Program-made: the position numbers and the translations under genes
Notes under the pieces: model-generated
The model's database searches: none
The model's input: only the letters and a program-made list of their open reading frames with translations
What the model was told of the DNA's origin: nothing
NCBI GenBank assembly: GCA_964455675.1
Contig: CAYVYK010000001.1
Location: 1-64,000, forward strand
Direction of reading: 5' to 3'
Source: an uncultured Methanosarcinales archaeon
GTDB taxonomy: Archaea; Nanobdellota; Nanobdellia; Woesearchaeales; CAYVYK01
Length of the DNA: 64,000 nt
Shown here: one piece after another, positions 36,279 through 46,073 of the stretch
Numbering within the stretch: the stretch's first letter is position 1
How the letters are laid out: every line of letters starts with the position of its first letter

Positions 36279-39110
36279 TTACTCGACAATAACCGCCGGC
36301 CTTCCAGGAAGTGCTTGCGCTGCTTTCGCGTGCTGGACATGCGCTCCGACCTCAACGTCACACCCAAACTGTTTGCTTATCGCACTGATCGCGTCTCGAA
36401 GCGTGGCGAGCTCTGCTTCCTGTGTGAGGTGCAGTCGGAGTTTTGAGGGGTCTTTCACGAATTTTGGCACGAGTTTGGCGATGTCTCCTCCGTGCGCTTT
36501 GAGCTCTGAATTCATGAGCGCGTTCATGATTGCGCCAATGTCTCGGGTTTCCAAGAGTAGTTTTGAGAGTGCTTCAACGAACGGATACTTCCATTCAGGT
36601 GCGAGCGCGATCGTGATTCGTGTTGGCTGTTCGATCTTGGCAAGTTTCAGAACGTCTTCGATATCTGCGATCGTGTCCATGAGTGATTGTTCTGCGGCTT
36701 CGACTGCTTGGTTGATCGCGCGTATTTCAGCGTGCGGCCAGCGTGCTTGCGCAACAAGCGTCTTCTTCTTGAGGCTTTCCCATACTTCCTCGGCATAGAA
36801 CGGCGCAAAAGGGCTCATCATCGCGATGTTGACTTCAATTGCGCTTTTGAGGAGTTGCTTGTTATGCCTGCCTCCTGAACGCTGCGCATAGTGCCTTATT
36901 GCTCTTGGCATCTCGAAGAATATTTTTTGCAGTGCGCTGCGGAAGAGGGTTTTGTCCATGAGTTCTGTTGTTTCAAGGATTGTCCGTGCAAGGACGCTCT
37001 TGAGCCATACTTCGAGGTGTCCGTCCATCCCATCGACGCCGTTCCAGTAGTGTTCTTGGATGAATTTGTTCCACTGCTCAAGCCTTCCTTTGAGCGAGAC
37101 TGCAAACGCGCTGTCCCAGTTGGGGTCGTCAAGCTCTTCTCCGCCTGAGAGCACGGTGACGCGTGAGCAGTCTACACCGAATTTGCCCGGAAGGTCGCGG
37201 AGCAGCATGAAGTTGCCTAGGCTCTTGCTCATTTTCTGTCCGTCAACAAGCACCCATCCGTTCACGCCGATGCCTGTAGGCCATTTCTCCTTAGGAAAGA
37301 TCGCGACATGATTGAAGAGGAAGAATGCGAGGTGGTTCTGGATGAGGTCTTTTCCGCTGTTTCGATAGTCAAGTGGGTACCAATAATCAAATTCCTTACG
37401 AAGCTCCAACGCCGCGTTTGATATGTCCGCCGAAACGCTTCCTTTTCCTAGGAATACGTAGTCGAAGAATGCGTTGTCGATTCGATCAATTGGTATCTTC
37501 ATGATCTTGTGCGCAATGGTGTAGTATGCCATGTAGATCGTGCTGTCGGATAGGCTTTCAATCACCCATCGCTCGTCCCATGGTAGTTTTGTTCCAAGGC
37601 CGTATTCGCGCACGCATGCCCAGCTAGAGAGCCATCCAATGACGTACTCAAACTGTCCTCGTGATTTTTCTGGATAGAGGGTAACTTCTGCAAGCGCCTC
37701 ACGCACCTTGTCTTTCCATGCTTCGTCCGCGTAGTTCATGAACCATTGGTCAGCGACGATTTTGACGACGCATTCGTTGAGGCTTCTGCTCACGACTTTT
37801 CCGGTTAGTTCATACAGGATGTCTGCTTCTCCCGCATTGAGCAGGTCTTTCTTCACGAGGTCTTTTGCTTTCTCAACGCCCATTCCTGCGTACGTTCCAA
37901 CGATGAGTTTTCCTGCGTAGAATCCTTTCTTGTACACGAGTTTTTTTGCTCGTTCGAGTGCCGCTCGGTCATGCTGGCTTGAGATTTTCATCTCTTTGCA
38001 CACGGCGACCGCTGCCATGTTTCCAAGTTCCTCGTGCTCAATGATGGGGATTGGTTTGATCGCAAGTAATGTGTCATAGTCTAGGCCGTATGTTTCCGCG
38101 AGCTGACTGTTTTTTTGGAGATCCCAAAGGCCCATCCAGTCGTCTGGCGCGTCCGATGGCACGCTCGTCACGATTCCTGTTCCTTTGTCCATGTCGCAGA
38201 ATGTGCTCGGTAGCACTGGTATCTCCCGGTGGATCATGGGAGCAACGGCATGTTGTCCGATCAGTTCTTTTCCCATGACCGTCCCAAGTAGTTGTGGTGT
38301 TTTCTCTTGCTCGCTGAGTTTGCGCACTGCCTGCTCAGACAGGATCCATTCTTCGCCGTTCACGCGTGCTCTCACGTAGGAGTTCTCGGGTCCGACCCAG
38401 AGGTTTGTCTGTCCGTACACGGTTTCTGGACGAAGTGTTGCGGCAACGATATACGCGCCGTCTTTCATCTTGAATTTGAGCAATGTGAATTCCTGGGGAG
38501 TTTCTCCTTCTCCTTCGATCCTGTCATGGTCGCCAACCGGCATGTTTTCTTTGGGATCCCACACGACAGGATGTTTTCCTTTCTGGACGTATCCTCCTTC
38601 TTTGAGTTTGGTGAATTGCCACCGGATGAACTTGTCATAGTATGGGTTGAGCGATGTCGTGATGAAGCTTCGCCGAAAGTCGATGGATAGCCCAAGGCTC
38701 TCAAGGTCTTTTCGCGCTTCGACCGGGAAGAACTGTGTCCAGTAGAGTGGATCTCCAAATTTAGGTATTTCATCGTCGGTAAATCCCATCCCGCGCATGA
38801 TGTTCCACTGTTTTTCCTCTCGCTCTCGGATTCGTTTTGCTGCGTTTTCAATAGGGCTTCCGGTGCAGTGCCATCCTTGGGGGAATAGAACGTTGTAGCC
38901 GCAGAGCCTCTTGTACCTTGCTACTGCTTCAACTCTCATGAGCGTGAAGAAGTGCCCAAGGTGCATGTACCCATTCATGTAGGGGTAGGGGAATGTGACG
39001 AAGTACTTCTTTCCTCCCGGAATTGGTTCTGCCTCAAAGAGCTTTGCTTCCTTCCAAGCAGCCATCCATTTCGGAGTAAGGCTGTCCCAGTCAATGTGCT
39101 GCTCGTCCAT
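36279..39110 (-). CDS. leuS: Leucine--tRNA ligase (archaeal type)
   Basis: FPYPYMNG..HLGH, ATLRPET, GTGIVTSVP and KMSKS; 943 aa. Confidence 0.96.
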   Translation of the reverse strand: MDEQHIDWDSLTPKWMAAWKEAKLFEAEPIPGGKKYFVTFPYPYMNGYMHLGHFFTLMRVEAVARYKRLCGYNVLFPQGWHCTGSPIENAAKRIREREEKQWNIMRGMGFTDDEIPKFGDPLYWTQFFPVEARKDLESLGLSIDFRRSFITTSLNPYYDKFIRWQFTKLKEGGYVQKGKHPVVWDPKENMPVGDHDRIEGEGETPQEFTLLKFKMKDGAYIVAATLRPETVYGQTNLWVGPENSYVRARVNGEEWILSEQAVRKLSEQEKTPQLLGTVMGKELIGQHAVAPMIHREIPVLPSTFCDMDKGTGIVTSVPSDAPDDWMGLWDLQKNSQLAETYGLDYDTLLAIKPIPIIEHEELGNMAAVAVCKEMKISSQHDRAALERAKKLVYKKGFYAGKLIVGTYAGMGVEKAKDLVKKDLLNAGEADILYELTGKVVSRSLNECVVKIVADQWFMNYADEAWKDKVREALAEVTLYPEKSRGQFEYVIGWLSSWACVREYGLGTKLPWDERWVIESLSDSTIYMAYYTIAHKIMKIPIDRIDNAFFDYVFLGKGSVSADISNAALELRKEFDYWYPLDYRNSGKDLIQNHLAFFLFNHVAIFPKEKWPTGIGVNGWVLVDGQKMSKSLGNFMLLRDLPGKFGVDCSRVTVLSGGEELDDPNWDSAFAVSLKGRLEQWNKFIQEHYWNGVDGMDGHLEVWLKSVLARTILETTELMDKTLFRSALQKIFFEMPRAIRHYAQRSGGRHNKQLLKSAIEVNIAMMSPFAPFYAEEVWESLKKKTLVAQARWPHAEIRAINQAVEAAEQSLMDTIADIEDVLKLAKIEQPTRITIALAPEWKYPFVEALSKLLLETRDIGAIMNALMNSELKAHGGDIAKLVPKFVKDPSKLRLHLTQEAELATLRDAISAISKQFGCDVEVGAHVQHAKAAQALPGRPAVIVE

Positions 39111-39238
39111 GATATCTGACAGAAGCCAGGAGCGTATTTAAAGATTTTGCGCATGTGGTTGGACCATACTCACTGACGTATTATTCAAGAGGATACCCAA
39201 CCATAAGTTTAATATTCATGATGATAAGAGAGTTCCAG

Positions 39239-40042
39239 ATGCAGAAGAGTATTAATCTTGACTTGATCGTTGTTCTCTTATGGCCGATTATTGCATCATT
39301 ACTTGAGATATCTCTTGAACAGAGCAACACGCTGCATGCGAATTTCCTTGTTTCAATTATGTTGTTTCTGGTGGTTCCGAGTGTGTATCTTTCACTTAGG
39401 GACACGAGGTATGTGTTGAAGGCGATCATTGCCTCCTTGATTGGCAGTGTACCTCTGATGGTTATTGTTGAATACTTTGGACATGCCTCAAATACCTGGT
39501 CATTTCCTCCTTCTGTCTTTCCTGTAACTATTTTTGGATCTGTGATTGTTGAAGTCCTGGTATGGGCGTTCTTCAATGTGTACTACGTTATACTGTTTTA
39601 TGAATACTTTCTTGATCATCATGTTACAAGACACCTTTGGGAACCAAGAATGAAGTACCTGCTCATGGGTTTGTTAGTAGCATTTGTCATTTTTCTCTTT
39701 GTGATTCTCAAGCTTGCGGTACCCCCGATCCCGTACTTCTACTTCTTTTTTGGTATTGTGGTGTTTGCTGTTCCTGTTACTTTACAATTTTCCGCATATT
39801 CCCATAGGAAGAAAGTGTTGATGAAAATGCTCAAGACCGCAGCGTATTTCTTTTACCTGAGTTTTCTTTATGAGATTCTCGCGCTGCAATATGGCTGGTG
39901 GGGTTTTCATTCAGATAATTTTGTGGGATGGATTTCCTTGTTAGGGACGAAGTTTCCCATAGAGGAATTGGTATGGTGGATAATGCTGTTCGCTTTGGCT
40001 GTCCTGTCCTGTTATGAGTTCTTTGATGATGATGAGAGGTGA
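39239..40042 (+). CDS. Integral membrane protein with duplicated lycopene-cyclase-like units
   Basis: Two repeats of E....W.F....G.(P)(I/V)E...W; about 8 TM helices. The start is inferred. Confidence 0.5.
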   Translation: MQKSINLDLIVVLLWPIIASLLEISLEQSNTLHANFLVSIMLFLVVPSVYLSLRDTRYVLKAIIASLIGSVPLMVIVEYFGHASNTWSFPPSVFPVTIFGSVIVEVLVWAFFNVYYVILFYEYFLDHHVTRHLWEPRMKYLLMGLLVAFVIFLFVILKLAVPPIPYFYFFFGIVVFAVPVTLQFSAYSHRKKVLMKMLKTAAYFFYLSFLYEILALQYGWWGFHSDNFVGWISLLGTKFPIEELVWWIMLFALAVLSCYEFFDDDER

Positions 40043-40045
40043 TTC

Positions 40046-41182
40046 TCATTGAGAATTTTTTGTAGAGGAATAAGCAAACTTGCCTCGTTCCTTCGCCACC
40101 TTATATTGAGAGAGGAATAGTCTACGGAACTTGGTGAACTCGCCTTCAGCAATCGAGGTTCGGATCTCTCGCATGAGTTTCGTGATGAAATGCACGTTGT
40201 GGTATGACAGCAGCCTTAGTCCTCCACCTTCCTGTTGCTGATAGAGATGGCGAAGGTACGCGCGTGAATATCTCTTGCAGACAAAGCAGTCGCATGTTTC
40301 ATCAATGGGGTGCTCATCATCCGCATACATGCGCTTGTTCAGGTGAATGCTGCCAGCGCGCGTGAAGACTGTTCCATGCCGCGCGTTTCTCGTCGGAAAT
40401 CGCGAGTCGAAGATATCAACCCCCATCCCGACGCACTCCACGAGGTCGTGCGGGCTTCCGACGCCCATGAGGTAGATTGGATATCGCGCGGGTATAATTT
40501 TTTTTGACAGCCGTATCATTGACTGCATCTGTGCTTGGCTCTCCCCGATGCATAGTCCTCCAAGTGCAATGCCGTCGGGTTTAAGTCCAACGATCTGCCT
40601 CGTGCTTTTTTCGCGAAGGTCCTTGTACACTCCTCCTTGTGTGATGCCAAAGAGCAGTTGTTTTCCGTGGTGTGCTTTCATGCATCGTTTCGCCCACGCT
40701 GTTGTCTTCCGTACCGCTTGCGCATTCTGTTCTTTCGTCGTTCCATAGTGCTGCACATCATCAAGCATCATGGCAACATCTGCTCCGATATCCATCTCGA
40801 TCTGCATGACATCTTCCGGGGAAATGAATTGTTTTGATCCGTCAAAGGGTGACCGAAGCCACACTCCTTCTTCGGTGTTCTTGATCAGAAACTCAGGATT
40901 CAGCATCTGAAAACCGCCGCTATCAGTGAAGATGAACCCGTCAAAGTCCATGAAGGAATGCAGGCCTCCCATCTTCTTGATGATGTCCGTCCCAGGCCGA
41001 AGCGAGAGAAGATACGCGTTTGATATCAGTGTCCGAACCCCGATCCGCGAGAGGTCATCGGATGAAAGCAGCCGCACGGCTCCCTTTGTCGCAACGGGCA
41101 TAAAGAATGGTGTTTCAGCGCGGTGCTTTCCGCTGAGCACTCCCGTCCGCGCCTTCCCCTGCGTCGCAGTAATCTCAAACAT
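40046..41182 (-). CDS. tgt: tRNA-guanine transglycosylase, bacterial/eukaryotic (position-34) type
   Basis: TPFFMPVATKG, TDSGGFQ, QGG...LR..S, YLMGVG, D.FD..FPTRNARHG and Zn motif CDCFVC...H; 378 aa with no PUA domain. Confidence 0.92.
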   Translation of the reverse strand: MFEITATQGKARTGVLSGKHRAETPFFMPVATKGAVRLLSSDDLSRIGVRTLISNAYLLSLRPGTDIIKKMGGLHSFMDFDGFIFTDSGGFQMLNPEFLIKNTEEGVWLRSPFDGSKQFISPEDVMQIEMDIGADVAMMLDDVQHYGTTKEQNAQAVRKTTAWAKRCMKAHHGKQLLFGITQGGVYKDLREKSTRQIVGLKPDGIALGGLCIGESQAQMQSMIRLSKKIIPARYPIYLMGVGSPHDLVECVGMGVDIFDSRFPTRNARHGTVFTRAGSIHLNKRMYADDEHPIDETCDCFVCKRYSRAYLRHLYQQQEGGGLRLLSYHNVHFITKLMREIRTSIAEGEFTKFRRLFLSQYKVAKERGKFAYSSTKNSQ

Positions 41183-41260
41183 ACAAGAAAGCATCGCATC
41201 CAGCTTAAAAAATGTTGTGCAGAAAATAGTCTGAGTAGGAAGCACAAGAATTCAGCGCTC

Positions 41261-41319
41261 GCCCTGTTCGATGAGTGTGGTTGTGCTGCGAACAGGGCTC
41301 GCCGAAGGCTCGTAATAAT
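41261..41319. repeat. Third copy of the gccctgttc...gaacagggc-gccgaaggc palindromic element
   Basis: gccctgttcg-N-cgaacagggc-tc-gccgaaggctcgtaataat. Confidence 0.85.
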
Positions 41320-41458
41320 TTTTCATTAGTTTCTCATGGACTATACGCTCCGAACGCTTTCCAAGAAAATTTTGATAGTCCCGCAGTCCCTTGCGGAAGC
41401 GTGTCTGCACTTCAGACAGTACAAAAACCTTTTAAACATCCCTCGATTCGATTCTACA

Positions 41459-43234
41459 ATGAGCTTGGAATCATCATACCGGTCCCATCACAACGGAGAA
41501 CTCACGGCAAAGGACAAGGACAAGGTTGTGCGGCTTGCTGGCTGGGTTCACGCGCGAAGGGATCACGGTGGCATTATCTTTATTGACTTGCGTGACCGCT
41601 ACGGGCTTACGCAGGTTGTGTTTGATCCTGACACTTCAAAATCGGATCACAAGCTGGCCGAATCGCTCCGCCGCGAGGATGTCATCGCGATAGAAGGCAG
41701 TGTGTTCCTCCGAAAGGAGGGCATGAAGAATCAGAACCTTCCGACGGGTGAGATCGAGGTATTCGCGCATAGGCTCAAGGTTCTGGCGAGGTCCGAGACT
41801 CCTCCGTTTGAGATCGATGATAGAGTCGTAGCGAGTGATGACATGCGGCTCAAATATCGTTTCCTTGATTTGCGTAGGCCCATCATGCAGAAGAATCTCT
41901 TGTTCCGCGACCGCATGACGATTGCGGCAAGGAAGTATGTCCATGAGCATGGGTTTGTCGAGATTGAGACTCCGATGCTCGTAAAACCGACTCCTGAGGG
42001 AGCGAGGGATTATATTGTTCCGTCGAGAGTACATCCTGGAAAATTCTACGCTCTGCCTCAGAGCCCCCAGCTCTACAAGCAGATCTGTATGATTAGTGGC
42101 GTTGACCGGTATTTCCAGATGGCACGCTGTTTGCGTGACGAGGATTTGCGCGCTGACCGCCAGCCTGAGCATACGCAGATGGATATCGAGATGAGTTTTG
42201 TCGATTCCAAGGATATTCGCGCGTTTGTGGAAGGCCTGTTTAAATTCTTGACGAAGGAAGCGATCGGCGTGGAGATCAAGGAAGAATTCCCCATGCTTTC
42301 GTATGAAGAAGCGATGGAAAAGTACGGCACGGACAAGCCCGACTTGCGCTATGACTTACACTTGCAGACGGTAACAGGCATCGTGAAGAACTCGGACTTT
42401 GGTATTTTCAAGAAAGTTATCGATGATGGCGGCGTCGTGAAAGTGCTAGTCTGCCACAAGGACTTGTCGAGAACGGAGCTTGAGAGCCTTGGCGAATTTT
42501 CTAAGGAGTCAGGCTCAAGGGGTATGGCCTGGATGAAGGTAACTGACAAGGGTCTTGAGGGAAGCATTGCGAAGTTCTTCCCGGAGAAAGTTCAGCATGA
42601 GTTAATCAGTCACACGAAGGCGAAGACTGGTTATGTGTTGATGTTTATCGCCGACGGCCCAAAAAAAACAAACTTCTATCTTGACAAGCTTCGCCAGGAG
42701 CTCGCGCGTCGTCTTGACTTGATTCCAAAGGATGTGTACAAGTTCTGCTGGGTCGTGAACTTCCCGTTATTCTCATTTAACGAGGAAACGGATGCATGGG
42801 AAGCCGAGCATCACATGTTCTCTCATCCAACGATGGAAACGATCGATTTCCTCGAGAAGGATCCTGGAAAAGTTATTGGTGATTTGTACGATATCGTGCT
42901 GAACGGCACTGAGCTCGGATCAGGCAGTATCCGTATCAATAATCCCGAGCTCCAAGAGCGTGTCATGAAGGTTATTGGCCTCTCGAAGGAGGCAGCGCAT
43001 AAGAAATTTGGCTTCCTGCTTGATGCATACAAGTATGGCGGTCCTCCCCACGGTGGTATGGGCCTTGGCCTGGATAGATTCCTCGCGCTCATGCTTGGTA
43101 CAAATGATATTCGTGAGATCATTGCGTTCCCGAAGAACAAGGCGGCCGAGTGCCCGATGGATGGATCGCCAAGTGAAGCGGATCCTTCGCAGCTCAAGGA
43201 ATTGCATATTTCTGTGAATGTAGTGAAGAAGTGA
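41459..43234 (+). CDS. aspS: Aspartate--tRNA ligase, bacterial type (probably non-discriminating)
   Basis: RRDHGG..FIDLRD, TPEGARDY, ALPQSPQ, RDEDLRADRQPE, GAD-like insertion and PPHGG.GLGLDR; about 590 aa. Confidence 0.95.
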   Translation: MSLESSYRSHHNGELTAKDKDKVVRLAGWVHARRDHGGIIFIDLRDRYGLTQVVFDPDTSKSDHKLAESLRREDVIAIEGSVFLRKEGMKNQNLPTGEIEVFAHRLKVLARSETPPFEIDDRVVASDDMRLKYRFLDLRRPIMQKNLLFRDRMTIAARKYVHEHGFVEIETPMLVKPTPEGARDYIVPSRVHPGKFYALPQSPQLYKQICMISGVDRYFQMARCLRDEDLRADRQPEHTQMDIEMSFVDSKDIRAFVEGLFKFLTKEAIGVEIKEEFPMLSYEEAMEKYGTDKPDLRYDLHLQTVTGIVKNSDFGIFKKVIDDGGVVKVLVCHKDLSRTELESLGEFSKESGSRGMAWMKVTDKGLEGSIAKFFPEKVQHELISHTKAKTGYVLMFIADGPKKTNFYLDKLRQELARRLDLIPKDVYKFCWVVNFPLFSFNEETDAWEAEHHMFSHPTMETIDFLEKDPGKVIGDLYDIVLNGTELGSGSIRINNPELQERVMKVIGLSKEAAHKKFGFLLDAYKYGGPPHGGMGLGLDRFLALMLGTNDIREIIAFPKNKAAECPMDGSPSEADPSQLKELHISVNVVKK

Positions 43235-43274
43235 AGGCGCGTCCTGGAATGAGACGTATGTTCTGTTTTGGTTG

Positions 43275-43515
43275 AACCTTGGCGTCTCCTCCTCCTCGCA
43301 ACCCCTCAGACACCCTCATCGGGGATTAATGCTGCTTCCTTCCGGACCTGACATGATTCTCCATGATGAGAACCCTGCGGGACAAGGAGTCATTGTACCA
43401 GCCAAGACCGCCACAGGCGACACGACCGCTTCCAGGACTTCGGCCCTCCCGTGAAGTCCGCTTGGAGTAACAGGTAGGGACTAGCTGCCCGGCCTAGCCT
43501 TCAGTCGAGAGATGT
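43275..43515 (-). ncRNA. ffs: Signal recognition particle (SRP) RNA
   Basis: The minus strand reads ggcuaggccgggcagcuag...cuguuac (Alu-like 5' domain) and augucagguccggaaggaagcagcau (SRP54-binding helix 8). Ends are approximate. Confidence 0.88.
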
Positions 43516-43543
43516 CAAACTGCCTTTTTAAGTATTGTGGAAT

Positions 43544-45121
43544 TTAAGCACCAAGAGTGGGTTTTCTTCCGCGGTAATACTCGCGGTCGATGAGGTGGTC
43601 ATACATGCCAAGATTGAGTTTGATGATCGTGATAAATCTCTCGACGCTGAAAACCTTTCCTTGCGTGACGAGCTTGACCGCATCGTAATATTCCGCCATG
43701 TTCGTGTCATTGATGATGTTCCGTTGCTGGTAGACTGATTTCCCATATCCGGGCGGCATGATACGCTCGAAGTGTCCGATGCGCCATTCTCCGCTGCAGT
43801 TGCACGGAATTCTTGCGAGAAGTGCGTCGCAGAGTCCGTAACGGTCGATGATCTTCCCTTCATGTCCCGCATAGTAGCCAAGGATCCCAACGGAACGTTG
43901 GACATAGACAATGTCTGGATTGTTTTTAATATCAAGTCCGCGTTTGTACACGTCAAAATTGGTGATGATATCATCACCCTCTCGAAGAAGTCCGAGCGCT
44001 TGATAGTAATGTCCTCGTTCATCCGCGATGCCATGGTTTTCTTTGTACGTTCCAAAGATGGTCCTGTCAAATGATGGTCCTGAGAGGATCGTCGGTTGTG
44101 GAGTAATGAAACCGAGCACGACTACAATGATTCCTATGGCGATAGCTGTGCGCGGCCGTTCAAGATATCGAGATGTGCATAGGATGATGACAGATAAAAG
44201 GAGCGGTATCGTGAAGAATCGTCCGCTCATGAAGTCTCCTCCAATAAAGAGGATGAATGCCAGGTAGAGGAGTATTCCGAGGGCGATTGGGATGTTTTTA
44301 CGTTCTTTGAGCGAGAGAGCGAGTGCTCCGATAATAACAATCATGGTGAGCGGCGACCAGATAAACGTATTTGTATAGTAATGCCATCCCTGAATCAAGA
44401 GAAGCACGTGAGGAATGCCGACTGCAATCTTCGCATACGTGGTGTTTGGAACAAGCGCTCCATAGTAGATGAGTGAGAACGCTTCCCAGAGAATAATTGG
44501 AAAGAGCCCGGCAAGCGTCCAGAGATACGTTCGGAACTCTCGCTTCGGGATCAAGATGATTGTAGAGAGTAGAATAGGGAGAATGATAAGAAGGTAGTCC
44601 TGCCGCGCAAGGAGGATGAGGCTCCCCACGATGAACATCCAAAATATTTTCTTTGGCTTCAAATGGTAATGGAGGTATATCCAGAGAAATATGGTAAAAA
44701 GGAGGTAGGAAAGGGCATTCTCAAGACCTGACGTCGAAAAATCGACGAACGGCTTGGAAAACAGAAGGATGAGTACTGCGACTATAGCGTGCTTATTGCT
44801 GATCGCGATCTTGTATGCGAGGAGTAGTACAGCAGAGAGAGTGAGTATGATCGAAAGGAAGATCACGGTGTAGTATGGTTCGCGCGTGAAAAAGTATGGC
44901 ATTGAGATGAGGATCATCCAGAGTGGATGCGTATACGATTGCACTCGCTCGTACGTGTTCCAACGCGGTCCGTAGCCATGAACAAGATTATCGACGGTGC
45001 GAAGCGTGATGTATGCGTCATCGCACATCCATGCGGTGCGGATGACAACGACAAGAAAAAAAAGGATGAGGACGCAAAGGAGATAGGTCAGCAGTTTTTT
45101 CTTGATGGTTGATGGTTTCAT
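43544..45121 (-). CDS. GT-C fold membrane glycosyltransferase (AftB-like)
   Basis: DDAYITLR.V.N...G.G..WN..ERVQ..THPLW, GLEN, PNT.YAK, GGDFM.GRF and RIGH. Confidence 0.75.
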   Translation of the reverse strand: MKPSTIKKKLLTYLLCVLILFFLVVVIRTAWMCDDAYITLRTVDNLVHGYGPRWNTYERVQSYTHPLWMILISMPYFFTREPYYTVIFLSIILTLSAVLLLAYKIAISNKHAIVAVLILLFSKPFVDFSTSGLENALSYLLFTIFLWIYLHYHLKPKKIFWMFIVGSLILLARQDYLLIILPILLSTIILIPKREFRTYLWTLAGLFPIILWEAFSLIYYGALVPNTTYAKIAVGIPHVLLLIQGWHYYTNTFIWSPLTMIVIIGALALSLKERKNIPIALGILLYLAFILFIGGDFMSGRFFTIPLLLSVIILCTSRYLERPRTAIAIGIIVVVLGFITPQPTILSGPSFDRTIFGTYKENHGIADERGHYYQALGLLREGDDIITNFDVYKRGLDIKNNPDIVYVQRSVGILGYYAGHEGKIIDRYGLCDALLARIPCNCSGEWRIGHFERIMPPGYGKSVYQQRNIINDTNMAEYYDAVKLVTQGKVFSVERFITIIKLNLGMYDHLIDREYYRGRKPTLGA

Positions 45122-45130
45122 CCGCGCCTC

Positions 45131-46021
45131 CTAGAAGAGGAATGTGACTACCCAGCCAAGAAGGCATCCTACTGTTAGGAAAGGCATCGCTGGATAGTAG
45201 CGGTCTTTCTTGGCGTATACGAAGAGAAAGATAAGCGCAGTAGCGGCTCCGGCTGTGACAGGTAGTGCCCGGATAAAGCCTCCCCAGATGGAATAGTCGA
45301 GCACGAGTCCCTTCATGACGACTCCTGCAAAGAGAAGCGGAAATGCGATGTCTCCTCCTCCAAGGATTGCGTACGTGGGCTCAGAATCAATCTTGCGCTT
45401 GATTCGTATTTTTTTGGGGGGTGAGGCAGCTGATGGCAGCATGACTCCAGCAAAGACCTTGTTTCCTTTTTGGAATTCCGCAAGCTTCACCATGTGCCGT
45501 GAGTACCACACCGCAACCATATCGTATGCTGATATAATGAGGAGGAGTACAAGCACTGATGGTACATTGAGAATTGGCACAAACACTGCAGCAATGCCCC
45601 CATAGATGACTACTTCAGTGATATTGTGCACCCATAGGTTTGCCCGGAAGACTTTGAAATACCCTAGCAGCACTGAAATGATAAACGCAAGCCATGACCA
45701 TATGTATGCTGATAACGCGATGCTGAGGCACACAATGACTGCTATGAAGAACCATAGTTTCCAGAGGAGTTTTTTCTGGTACTTGATGATGAGAAGCATG
45801 AGAATTGTACCGATGATGACGCCGATGACAATGTAGAGTGTGGTGCCATAATCCTCCGATGGCGGCCGCTCGATGTTGTAGGGTAGCGATTCAAACGTGA
45901 CTTCTCCTGTCGTTGTGGTCGTCCGTGTGTCAATGTACTTGCTAATGACCGCAAGGCCTATGAACTGGCTGCTGAGGAAGAGAATAATGAGGTACAGCGT
46001 GATTTTGAGGCTGTGCTTCAT
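45131..46021 (-). CDS. Presenilin/signal-peptide-peptidase family intramembrane aspartyl protease
   Basis: YD, LGGGD and PAMPF motifs; multiple TM helices. Confidence 0.88.
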   Translation of the reverse strand: MKHSLKITLYLIILFLSSQFIGLAVISKYIDTRTTTTTGEVTFESLPYNIERPPSEDYGTTLYIVIGVIIGTILMLLIIKYQKKLLWKLWFFIAVIVCLSIALSAYIWSWLAFIISVLLGYFKVFRANLWVHNITEVVIYGGIAAVFVPILNVPSVLVLLLIISAYDMVAVWYSRHMVKLAEFQKGNKVFAGVMLPSAASPPKKIRIKRKIDSEPTYAILGGGDIAFPLLFAGVVMKGLVLDYSIWGGFIRALPVTAGAATALIFLFVYAKKDRYYPAMPFLTVGCLLGWVVTFLF

Positions 46022-46073
46022 TTTTAGAGTGCGGGGGTGAACGTATTTAAACTTTGTTGCGTTTGCAGTAAGG

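Noticed and set aside
43272..43454. 60-aa ORF
   Set aside because: It is antisense to the SRP RNA gene.
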